Source: Blastocystis sp. Blastoise | Lineage: Eukaryota > Protista > Bigyra: Opalinata | Direction: 5' to 3' | DNA: 64,000 nt | Assembly: GCA_039096225.1 (NCBI GenBank) | Contig: JBBPEB010000014.1 | Coordinates: forward strand, 1,612,001 to 1,676,000 | Shown: in pieces, positions 17,678 through 32,071 of the stretch | Layout of the letters: each line of letters begins with the position of its first letter | Position numbering within the stretch: the first letter of the stretch is position 1 | The notes under the pieces: generated by a model | Databases searched by the model: none | What the model was told of the DNA's origin: nothing | The model's input: the letters and a program-made list of their open reading frames with translations, nothing else | Program-made: the position numbers and the translations under genes

Positions 17678-19471
17678 TAAGATTATAAAGTCACCAAGTA
17701 AAAATAAAATATATAGAAAATGAGTGATAACGAAATACCAAAAACGATCATCATCCACTCCTTTTCCGGAAATATAACAGTCTAAAGGGAAATTCTTTTA
17801 GATTCCTTGAAAAACAAAGATTTTCGATGGAATTCGATTTAGCAAAAATTTTTAAGAATCATGATGCACTTTCCATAGTGTAGATTCAATAGTAGTCTTT
17901 TATATTGAAATATCATATTTATTATGAGCAAAGAAAAACTCATTGTAAGTAAATTTTATAAAAAATTTGCTTTTTTTTTGCTAATTTTTTTATTATGTGT
18001 CATCACAATTCTAATATTCGTGTAAATGCGATTTAAGGACTAGATATAGACTAGATAATCTTAATTTCACTTTTAATCATAAGAACAAAATAAAAAAGTT
18101 CTTCATTGTTCAAAAAAATTATTCTACCTGTATTTGATAATGCTGTTGTATCTCAACGGGTCTTTATATAAGAATGAATATTAAAATGAACTCTCATATG
18201 GATGATCGGATTCAAAAAAAAAACAGTATTGCTACTTTTTACATTAAATATTACTCTTATTCAACGAATGACAATACAAGGAAAATCTTACGTGACTTTT
18301 TCTTGGAAAAATCTACTTTTGCGATCACATTAAAAGAGAGAATTCAATGACTTGGATATAATATATATATCGAAACGAAAATATGAAATATTATGTATTC
18401 AAAATCATTTTTCTTAGTATTTAAAAATAATTTCAAGAGAAAGAATAAGGAATAAATGCTTATATGAATATTTTTATTTCTTGTTATTTTGTATTTCATT
18501 TATTAGTATTGCTATTTTAAAGAGTATATATAATATTTTTGTATGTTTCATTGTTTATAAGTAACTAGGCAACCATAGCACTCTGATTTATAATAAAAGA
18601 CTACAACTTACATTTATAAATCATTTTATTTAGAATATAGTTTTTGATTTTCGCTAATAGAATAAATTTATGTTTCACTCATTAAAATTAGGATTGACAT
18701 TTCATGCGTTGATCAGTATTCAAATTATTATCATTTACAGAAACAATTAAAAAAACTATCTATGGATTACTATACTCTACGTAGAATGCTCCAAAAGGAC
18801 TTAGACCACTACTATTATCTTTCAAATTTGAATTTTTCTAAATACACCAGAAAGTCATATTTCTTTTCTTAAGATCATTGAATAAATTATATTTGAGCTA
18901 TTTATATTGAAAAATTTGATATAACTAATAAAAATGTAAAAATTATAAAAAATTAACGTTGCCAAACTATCTTGCTTTATATAAACTTGATTGACATCCA
19001 TGTTCTTAATACCTTAAATATAAAAAAAATATTAACAATACCCTCCTAAACGAAATATAAAAAAAAGTTCTTTTTAAAACTTCGTTTTCTTGCATGAATA
19101 TGGTCGATAAATCTCAAAACACTCACTGGGAAAACTGAAGGAATAGTTTACATTTTTGAGTATTCAATGTGTTTATGACTGCAAAGAAACCAAATTATTG
19201 TTGTGTCGATTATTGATGATTTGGGATACTATTCATCTATTGGATAATCTCGACGTTTTGACGAATGATCTACATATTATCTGAATTGAGATTATATCTC
19301 CTTGTATTTCCCCAATAGAATACAAATCTCATATTCCATTCGTTAATATCAACAATTTTCAATCTCGTTTCAATCTAACTTTGTTCTCAACATCGCCATT
19401 GTTATCTTTATGTTTTCTGATAATTCAAATTAATATTTTTTCTTTATTTAATCTTTTCTTATTTTTAGATT

Positions 19472-22400
19472 ATGAAGAATATACTATTGTTATTAGCTTT
19501 ACTTATATCTTTGAGTTTTGCTGCAGATACTACCTGCGCGTTAACAGATATTGTTCTTACCGTTGGAGTTCCAATGGAAGAAGTTGTGTGCAGTGGTGGC
19601 GACTCAGACTCTTTAATTGCTAAACCTTTACTTCCTGAAGGTCTGTCTATTGTTAATAATGTTATTTCTGGTACTCCTGTCAGAGGACAAACAGTTCAAG
19701 AATATCTTATTGTTCCTCATGTTCGTTATGATTCAGATAATCTTGCTGTTATTCGAATTTCCAGTATATATATATTCTCTTGTCTAATTGTTTTTTAATT
19801 GTTTTTTTTATTATGGTTTTTATATATATATATTTTCAGTATAAATATAATTTATGCAAAAAAATAGCTATGACATATTTATAATTATTTTTATATCATT
19901 TTAACTTTGATTTAAATAAATAAATAAGAAAATCATAATCATTCTCATAATTATTTATATAGTTATTGCTGAACCTCATTCTGTTACTTATGGATTTGAA
20001 ACTACTAAAGTATATGCTGGTCTTTTAATGGAACCTTTATATCCTTATGGAGATTCTCATTTTACTTCTTTTACTATTACACCTTCTCTTCCTCTTGGTT
20101 TATCTTTTGATGAAGCTACTGGTATTATCCGTGGTACTCCTACTCTTGTCAGTGCTTCTACTGTTTATGCTGTTGTAGCTACTAATTCTTTAGGTTCTGC
20201 TACTACTTCATTTTCTTTTGAAGTTATTGATCAATCTACTATGACTACTCCTGGTATTACTGGTATTTACTATACTTTTAGCCATAATGCTCTTCATTTG
20301 GATCATCTTTTCTACAGTACTACTCCTGCTCAAATATCTCTTCGTCATGATCAGATACAATGGAGTGATGAATTCCAAGATAGTCACGGTGGACATCCTC
20401 TTTATGGTCTAGATGATCGTTTCCGTGATTTCTATTCTGCTGAATATATTGCTTATTTTGTTGCTCCTGTTGCTGGTGAATATATATTTAGACTTGAATC
20501 TGATGATGGTTCTCGTTTAGCTATTGATTCTTTTGATAATTTCCTTATTACTCTTAGAGGTGGTGGTGGTGGTACTACTGAAGCTCCTATTACACTTACT
20601 GAAGGCAAACATTTACTTTATATGACTTATATTGAAATTAATTATGGTGCTAAGATGTACGTCAGCTATAAATCAGAAGCTGCTGGTATTAATGATTTTG
20701 TTCCTGTTGGTACAGGTAATTGCTTTATTGGTGGTCGTGGTCCTGTTAATCTTAAATATCCTACTGTTGTTGGTGTTGTCGGTAGCCCTGTTCAAGTAAC
20801 TTATCCTACATTTACTTCTGGTCATATTCAATCTTTTACTACTACACTTCCTACTGGTCTTACTATTGATAATATCTATGGATATATTTCTGGTACAGTT
20901 AATTATCCTATTGATGCTGATTTCACTGTAACTATGATTGGTGAATTTGGTAGTAGTCAAGCTACTGTTCATCTTCGTGTAGTGAATACTCCTGAACCTA
21001 ATATGATTGCTAAATGGTATAAGATTATTGATGTTAATAGTCTTGATACTTATAAAGATTTCCCTGAACTTATTACTAATCTTCGTATTAATCGTTTAGA
21101 AGATAGAGTCTATATGCCTGATATTAATGGTGATGGTGTTTTAGCTTATAATTTAGATCCTAATATGTGGGAACGTGTTTATGCTACTTGGGAAGGTTTC
21201 TTATATTTTGATGAAATTGGTGATTATACTTTTATGGGTCAAGCTGATGATGGTATTAAATTATATATTGAAAATGAAATGATCTTATATCAATGGAGAA
21301 TTGGTGGTATTGATGATAAAGTCTATGGTACTTATCATATTGATAAAGTTGGCTATTATCCTTTCCGTATTAAATATTTTGAAGGTGCTTATGGTAATGG
21401 TATTTTATTAAGTTGGAAAAAACCTTCTGTAAATCTTATGGAATATGTACCTGCTTCTGCTTATTTCCATGTTCCTATTACTCCTTTTACTTATAATCAA
21501 ATTCAATATAATGCTTTTGTTGGTCAACCTATTCCTATTAATACTCCTATTTGGACAGGTGTTACTGCTCCTTCTACTTATTCTGTTTCTCCTGCTCTTC
21601 CTGAAGGTATTACTTTAGATACTACTACTGGTCTTATTACAGGTACTATTGTTAATACTCAAAATACATATACTTATACTATTACTAATGGTGATTATTC
21701 TACTTCTATTAAGATTACTGGACTTTCTCTTACTCTTCAAAGTACATATTATTATACTATTGGTGGTAATGAACTTCCTGAAGTATGGGAAGGTACTGTA
21801 GGTAATTTCTTTGAAATGCGTCCTATTTCCGAAGGTCGTATTGATAGTTGGAGTTGTACTCCTGAACCTCCTCGTGGTATTTATATTGAAAGTTATTCTG
21901 GTTGGTTTAAAGGTACTCCTTTAGAAGTACAATTAGATGCTACTACTTATACTCTTAAAGGTTGTAATAATGGTGGTTGTATGACTGCTACAGTTACTTT
22001 AAAAATCACTGGTTGTGAATTTGGTAAAACTTGGTATACTTCTATTACTAAAGGAAGTGGTAAGATAACTATTAAGAATGGTGAAACTGAATTAAATACT
22101 CAAGAAGGTAATACAGGTGCTTATAGACATTGTTTTGATACTACATTAACAAATCTTATTCATAGATTTGAATGTACTTCTTCTTCTGGTTGTGAATATT
22201 CTTTCTATAGAGATGATCTTACTTATATATTTAGTGATGTATCTACTATTCAAGAAACAAATGCTATTAAAGAAACTACATTAAATCTTAATATTTTTGC
22301 TCCTTCATTTACTGTTGCTTCTACATCTATTGCTGCTGCTAGAAGTGTTAATATTACTCCTGTTTTATTTACTATATTAAATGGTTATAAAGAAGTTATC

Positions 22401-25400
22401 TTTACTCCTGCTCTTCCTTCTACAGCTTATTTTGATGTTAGTACTTCTCAACTTAAAGGTAATTGGCCTTATTTTGGTACATATTCTTATCAAGTATATG
22501 CTAAGAATGCTATTAGTCAATCTGAAATTCAAACTATTACTGTTACCGTTGGTAACTGTCCTAATAATAAACAATATCTTTTCCTTGAAAGAAAAACTGC
22601 TGGTTGGCATTATGAAGAACGTTTTACTATTACTCAAAATGGTGAAACTTATATAGATGTTTCTTCTAATTATGATAATCAAAAGATATATAATAGTATA
22701 TGTATAAGTTCAGGTACTTTTGATCTTAATATGTATGATCAATATAGTAATGGTTGGGCTGATGGATCTTATCTTTCTTTATATGAAGAAAGTGGACGAT
22801 TATTAGGTAAGTATAGATATGAAGGTAGTCAACCTTCTCCTGTTGTTATGCATATTACTTTAAGTCATTCGATTCCTCAAAATAGTGTTTGGAAATATAA
22901 TCACGTTGCTCCTAGTGAATGGATTAATAATGATTATACTGATTCTACTTGGGTTACTGCTTCTAAAGGATTATTCCCTACTTTTACAAATAATGTTATT
23001 TATTTAAGAAATGTATTTACTGTTGATGATCCTTCTAAATATCCTGTATTAGATTTAGCTATTTATTTCAAAGAAGGTTGTGTTATATATATTAATGGTA
23101 ATAAAGTATATAGCCAAAATATGCCTACTGTTGTTGATGCTAATACTATGGCTTCTTCTGCTTTTAGTACTTATATCTATAGAAGAACTGCTGTTCCTTC
23201 TTATCAATTAATTACAGGTACAAATACTATTGCTATTGAAGTACATAGAAGTTCTATGCTTGTAACTGAATTTGATTTTGATTTAATTGCTTCTCTTTTA
23301 GAAGGTGAGTGTATTAATAGAATTGATGATATTTCTTTAAGTAATAGTAATTCTTATAATATGCCTACTGAATCTGTTAATCAAGCTTTTGATAATGATG
23401 TTTCTACAAAATGGTTAGAAGATGGTATGCCTGCTTATACTATTATTTCTTTTAATAATGATCGTAAAGAATTTATTAATAAAATTCAAATTTATTCTGC
23501 TAATGATCATGAAGAAAGAGATCCTTCTGCTTTTACTTTAAAGGCTTCTAATGATGGTATACAATGGGTATTATTATTATCTGTTAATGATAATAATATT
23601 TGGACTGAAAGAAAACAAATGAGAGAATGGACATTAAAAGATAGTCTTGAAGCTTATCATTTCTTTAAGTTTGAAGTCACTGCTTCTAGAGGTAGTATTG
23701 ATAGAACTCAAGTTTCTGAAATACAATTATATTCTTGTTTAGTTAATTATTGTACTAATGATGGTGAATGGACTAGTGTTCAAACTGGTGTTACTTCTTC
23801 TATGGTTTGCCCTGATAATCAATTTGGTAAACAATTTAGACAATGTTCTCTTCAAAATAATATACCTACTTGGAATAATGTAGATAGTTCTGCTTGTTTA
23901 ACTAGTGAAATACCTGCTTCTCGTGCTTTTATTGATTCTATTCTTTCCTTAAATAATGTTACTTATCTTTCTTATACTGAAAATGGTAATACTAATGTTA
24001 AGAATCAACTTTATTCTTTATTCAATGAAGATCCTAATTATGATATTACTGTATTCTTACCTGAAGCTGTAACAACTGTTGATACTTTTGCTACTTCTGT
24101 ATATGTTCGTGTTAATACTCTTGCTGCTAATGTTAATCATGTTAGTGATATCTATAATACTTTAACTACTTCTCTCACTCCTTTATTACAAACTGCTGAT
24201 AATACTGTATTTACTGAAGATATGAGTATTAGCTATATAAGTGAACCTAAGATTACTTATAGTAATTTATGTGCTAGTGATGATATATGGGTAGAAACTC
24301 CTGTTAATACTATGGCTACTTCTCCTTGTGATGATATAGCTAATTATCAAGGTGAAAAAACTAGATTCTGTTCACTTACTGCTCAATGGGAAGATGTTAT
24401 TAGTATTTGTGCTGTTATTCCTGTAGCTTTAGTTTATCCTACTAGTTCTATAACTGTTGCTCAAGATACAGTTATGACTACTGTTGCTCCTTCTGTTCTT
24501 GAAGGTGGTTTTAGAAATCCTTTAACTATAACTCCTGATTTACCTGATGGATTAGTCTTTGATCAAACTACTGGTGCTCTTTCAGGTACTCCTACTACTA
24601 TTACACCTGCTGCTGTCTATACTATTACTTTATCTAATACTATTGGAACAACTTCTTTTGAAATTACTCTTAATGTAGTTGCTTCTTTCTGTTCTGCTGT
24701 TGGTGATTGGCCTGTTACTGAATCTGGTAATTTAGCTTCTATTCCTTGTCCTGATGTTGATAATTATCATGGTAGTATTTCTAGATATTGTAATTCAGGT
24801 GCTACTCCTTATTGGGGAGAAATTGTTAATGGATGTACATTAAATTCTCCTACTATTAGTTATCCTGTTTCTTCAATTACTGCTTATGTCAATGTTCCTA
24901 TTGATACTGTTGTTCCTACTATTACAGGTATTGAATTACAACCTTTAACTATTTCAACTCCTTTACCTGAAGGATTTACTTTTGATACTACTACTGGTGC
25001 TATATCAGGTACTGCTACTTCTGTTATGGGTTCTATTAATTATTCTATTGTTGTTAGTAATGCTGGTGGTTCTCAAGAAGCTAGTATTACTTTAGTTGTT
25101 ATGATGACTTATTGTCAAGGAGAAGGTGAATGGCCTGTTACTCCTTCAGGTGAAACTATTAATCTTTCTTGTAATGATCCTGTTTTATATGAAGGTGGAA
25201 AAACAAGATTCTGTAATTATGGTTATCCTGCTCAATGGAATGAAGTTGTTGATACTTGTACTTTAAGAGCTCCTACCATTACTTATTCTACTACTTCTAT
25301 TGTTGGATATAAAGGAATAGGTATTACTCCTCTTTCTCCTAATGTATTTGGTGGACAATTAAGTGCTTTATCTATTTCTCCTTCTCTTCCTAATGGTTTA

Positions 25401-26822
25401 GCTTTTAATACTCAAAATGGTCTTATTTCTGGTACTCCTACTGTTTCTTCTGCTCTTGCTAGTTATACTATTTCTGTAAGTAATCCTACTGGTGTTGCTA
25501 CTGCTTCTGTTTCTATTATTATTAATATTAGTTATTGTACTGCTGATGGTGAATGGAGTCAAATTGAAGCTGGCCAAAGTTCTACTTTACCTTGTTCTGA
25601 TGCTACTAATTATGAAGGTACTAGAACTAGATCTTGTTCTATTGCTTATCCTGCTATTTGGAGTTCTGTTGTTGATAGTTGTTTATTAAAATTACCTGTT
25701 TTAACTTATCGTTCTACTTCTATTACTGGTTTTAAGAATGATACTATTGCTAGTGTTGTTCCTACTTCTCTTTCTGGTGGTCTTCTTAATCCTATTACTA
25801 TTTCTCCTGCTCTTCCTGATGGTTTAACTATTGATACTGTTACTGGTGTTATTTCAGGTACTCCTTCTGTTACACATAATGGTAATCATGCTATTACTTT
25901 ATCAAATAGCCGTTCTTCTGTTACTGTTTCATTTACTATCTTTATTAGTACTATTCAATGTCCTTATGATGGTGATTGGACAGCAACTGAAAGAGGTACT
26001 ACTGCTTTTATTTCTTGTCCTGATGGTCAAAAGGGTATTCGTTCAAGAGAATGTCTTTATGTTGCTGCTGGTAGTGCTGATTGGAATACAGCTGATGAAA
26101 CTGGCTGCTATATATATAATGCTGAAGAAACTCCTGGTGAAAAGAAAATATTTATTAATGTTCCTATTGTTTTAACAGGAATTCCTTCTTATGAATTTGA
26201 TAATGCTAAGAATACTGAATTATTTAGAAACTTAATTGTTAAACAATTATCTGCGCAAGAAATTAAGAGTGAAGATATTCGTATTGTATCTACTTCATCT
26301 TTTGGTGATAATACTATTGTTAATATTAGAGTTCATACTGATGATGTAAAGGAATCTACCATTTCTACTGAAATGAGTAAATATTGTGTTTCTTCTGGTG
26401 AATCTGGTTTAGCTTATGATTGTAAGTCTCTTTCTAATACAGAATTAAGTAAAGTAACTTCTAGTTATATTGAAGGTAATGGTATGACTGTTGCTTATGA
26501 ACCTATGGCTACTTGGCTTCTTATTCTTATTATAGTTGTAGTAGTTGTTGTCGTTATAGTTGTTATACTTATTATTGTCTGTTGTACATGTTGTAAGAAA
26601 GAAAAATCATCTAAGATCAAACCAGTTACAAAGACTTCTGCTGCTATTGCTGCTACTACTGCTGCTACTTCTGTTCCTGAACAAAAACCTCAACCTATTT
26701 CTGAAGTGAAGGAAGAAGCTGCTATTGATATACCTCCTACAAATCAAACGACTGTTGCTCCTGCTGTTGTACCTACTCCTGAAGAAATGAAACCTACAGA
26801 TGAACCCAAACAACAAGCTTAA
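19472..26822 (+). CDS. About 2383-aa type I membrane surface protein: He_PIG Ig-like repeats, two PA14, jelly-roll, F5/8C-like, six HRM-like modules, one TM helix
   Basis: Signal peptide MKNILLLLALLISLSFA; one intron 19764-19962. Repeated LPxGLxxDxxTGxISGTPT; ESDDGSRL and ADDGIKLY; AFDNDVSTKW...RDPSAFTLKASNDG; CxxxGxWxxTxxG...C...G...RxC...W...C; TM WLLILIIVVVVVVVIVVILIIV followed by CCTCC. Confidence 0.85.
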
Positions 26823-27584
26823 ATATAAATATTATTGTTGATTTTTATTTTATTATATATATATATATATTTCTTTTTATAAAGTATTCAATTTATATGT
26901 AATAAAATACATGTATATTATCAGTAGTTGTCATTATATGTCACTCTTTTATTATATACTTCATTTCTATTTATAGCATCATTTTTTTATCTCGCTTTTT
27001 TCTTGTTCTTACAGTATCTACATGATTTCTTGTTTGTCTTACTTTTATAGTTCTTATTCCTATTTGTGTGTTTTGTTGAAATTTATATTATATTTTTTAT
27101 TCTATTATAGATGTAAATTATTTATGAATTCAATTTTTTCTGATGTTAATAAAATATAACAAAAAAAAATATTGTTTAAGTTAAAATGAATTAAAAAAAA
27201 AGTACGATATTAAAAGAAAATGACAAAACATCGTAAGAATACATATACATCAATAAAACTATTAAGAAATGAACATTTAGTTGTATTATATATATAAAAA
27301 ATGTTATAATAGAGGATATATATAAATATGTAAATGAATGAATAGAGTAGAACAACATTACATAAAAAAAATAAAAAAATAAATGTATTTATATGTTTAA
27401 AAAAAAAGAAAAGAAAATAAGTCGATACATATATATAGACATACAGAAAAAGTTTTCTTTTAAAATGTAGAATGAATGTCTAAATGATACATATATATAT
27501 AAAGAAACATAAAATAAGTTTATATATAGATAAATAAGATAGATTTATAATATATATAGATAGAAATGTTGAATATATATATAT

Positions 27585-29240
<1,656 letters not shown>

Positions 29241-30054
29241 TTTAATATATCGCTGTTAAATTATGAGAAAAAACTCTTTTTTAGAGAGTATATTGAACTT
29301 TTTGCCTCTTTGAAAAATACAGGAAAATAGACTCCATATAAGGCAACTTTTGAAAAGAATTGAGAAATAATGGAACCGTCCAATAAAATAAAAAGAAATT
29401 GAATTTAGCGTCTCTTATTGGATAATCTCTCTTCACTGAGATTTAGTTGTTTCTGGGAATTTTGTGTTTGTCACTATAAATTTCTTCTTTTTCAAATAGG
29501 TACTAGCCTATATGTGAATCAGGATTATTTTGATATATTTAGAGATATTTCTTGAATTCTCATGGTTTATGGATTATTCACCCATAATAATATTTTCATT
29601 TTTAATTGAATTGTTGCTTGCGTAACTTGAACATTCTCAATGACTTATAATTGAATCATTTCAGTAGACCAAGAGAATTTACTATAAATAGAAAATTAAC
29701 GATGGAAACAATGTAGTTTAATAATACTCTTCAACAAATTGATTGGTGCTTATCTTAATTATATCTAAGAACATATAAATATGAACTAAGTTCTTTTAAT
29801 AATACTATTTTGATGATAATTAGAACAATTTGCTATTTTATTGTAATTAATAAGAATAAACATAAAAAGCATATAGAATATGAAAAGGATATAATGAATA
29901 TGATCTATTTTTGTGAAAAAAAAATATTATTACTTCAAAAAATTAAACAAAACGATCATAAAGTCACAGAAACTTTTTATAAACAATATATATATAATAA
30001 TTAAGCATATAATCGTTCTGTTGATTAAAGATATACTAATAAAAAAACAAATAT

Positions 30055-31035
30055 TTATTCAAAGTGAAGACTATCTTCGGTATTTTTAATTAATAAATCA
30101 ACCTATATATATAGATGTACGCTTATTAAGATATATAATAAATAGATCCGAAATAATTTATTTAATATATATCTAAAATAAACTATTTAATATATAAAAT
30201 AAATTAGTTAATAGATCCGAAATAATTTATTTAATATATATCTAAAATAAACTATTTAATATATAAAATAAATTAGTTAATAGATCCGAAATAATTTATT
30301 TAATATATATCTAAAATAAACTATTTAATATATAAAATAAATTAGTTAATAGATCCGAAATAATTTATTTAATATATATCTAAAATAAACTATTTAATAT
30401 ATAAAATAAATTATTTAATATATTATCTATACCTTGTTAATAAAAGAATTTGATGTAAGTATATCTTTTGAACTATTTGTGAAAGGATTTGATACAGTAT
30501 GAACATATAATTCATGAAAAGATTTGAAAAACTATATGTAATTATTTATTTATTGAATACGTATCCCATAGATTAAAAAAAAAAACTAAAGAAATTATAT
30601 AAAAAACATACTGATTGTAATAATTCTTCACCCACTTTTTGATAGGTTATACATATAAACTTTAAATTTGATTTTGTGATATATCCATATCTAGAAAAAA
30701 ATATTAACATAAAAACAATTAAAAATGAAAATAAAATGAAAATAAAATTTAAAAAATAAAAAAAAATTACACATATAATTCGGCTGAACTAGAAATCAAT
30801 CCTAAAAAAGGGTTGAATTCATTACCTAATGTCTTTGAGACTTGAACTTTTTCATTTAAAAGCGTAATAGATGAATGAATTAAAAAGTGGAACATAAGTT
30901 CCGTTTGACATTCTACAGAACTTCTGATAATAATAGGTTCATCCTACAACAAAAGTCAAGCAACACTTATCAATTAATGTTTACTTGTTTTCCAATAATA
31001 GCTACACAGGCAATAAATTGATTTGAAGAATCCAT
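30055..31035 (-). CDS. Sedlin-family TRAPP subunit (TRAPPC2L-like), 4 introns
   Basis: IACVAIIGKQDEPI...ELMFHFLIHSS...PFLGLI...VYGYITKSNLKFI...FFKSFHELYVHTVSNPF; GT-AG introns in frame. Confidence 0.85.
30141..30420. repeat. Intronic minisatellite, 69-bp unit x4
   Basis: AATAGATCCGAAATAATTTATTTAAT... begins at 30141, 30210, 30279 and 30348. Confidence 0.95.
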
Positions 31036-32071
31036 TCCAACGAAAAAGAAAAAACTACTAAGTATATAAACGATACAAATAAGAAAGAAAACAAACAAAG
31101 ATATAAAAACCTTTTTCCATATCAACAATGTCTTTTTTGTAAATTCCCATACTACCACCGCTAAATCAATCGTTTAAAAAATGTTTTTCTTTTAAAAGTA
31201 TACCATCTCGGTAGGGATAGTTTTCTTCTAATTATATCTTTATTGATCACTTCCATTCAACTCAATAGGTTATTAATGGAATGAAATCTGCATGTGGTAT
31301 CAAGAAAAAGCAAATTTATTTGAATCTCGATTATTTAAAAATTTAAAAAATCATTATTTCTTTTAACTGTTTCTTTCCCTGTATTTTATTCCTCAAACTT
31401 TTCACACATCATGAATCTTGTTTATCATATTCTAAAAGTTAAATTTTCGAAAATTATCAATCAAATAAAATCATAATATATCCTTTCATAGTATTACCAT
31501 AGTTATAAATATTCGAATCTAACCATTTTTATAACAATTTTGTAGTCCTAATTATATAGTATTAACTCCATTTTCATAAAAGAAAGCAAATAACCTTCAT
31601 CAATATCATGAAAAAAAATCAAAAAAAGATGTATAAATCTTTATTGTCCTATTTTTAACTAAAAAAGACATGATGAAACATTTACGAATTAAGGGATTCC
31701 CTTGAATGACTAAAAAATTTTTCTTTGGAAGACAATATGACGAGTATAACAATAAGCGAATGACTAAAGTACTTTTGAATCTGAATGGCGGCAATTCTCT
31801 CTTTGTCCTTACAATTCCGAAAACATCCATTAGTTTTTCATATTATAGCGAAACTTGAGATTTTAGTGGATGTCGTCAAAACCAACCAAACATTCAAGAA
31901 TTGAAGAAACCAGATGTAAAGTGATCGAAGTATTTGTGTTTTCCTGATTGATTATCAAGAGTTTCAGGATAATCACTATAATAAAATGAAAGATTTCTAA
32001 AATGACTAAAAAAGAATGATTAAGAATATGAATTCATAAAAAATTTATAATATATATTGATTAGCAATACA

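Noticed and set aside
19214-19284. Possible C/D-box snoRNA (TGATGA...CTGA); similar pairs at 31670-31784 and 47228-47309
   Set aside because: The boxes are short and common in AT-rich DNA, and I could not identify an rRNA-complementary guide. A snoscan or Infernal search would be needed.
30141-30420. CRISPR-like appearance of the regular repeat
   Set aside because: Head-to-tail copies with no unique spacers, inside a eukaryotic intron, with no cas genes.
31606-31830. 74-aa minus-strand ORF; also an unlisted 36-codon ORF at 18762-18872
   Set aside because: No motif, codon bias or splice support; both lie in promoter-type DNA.
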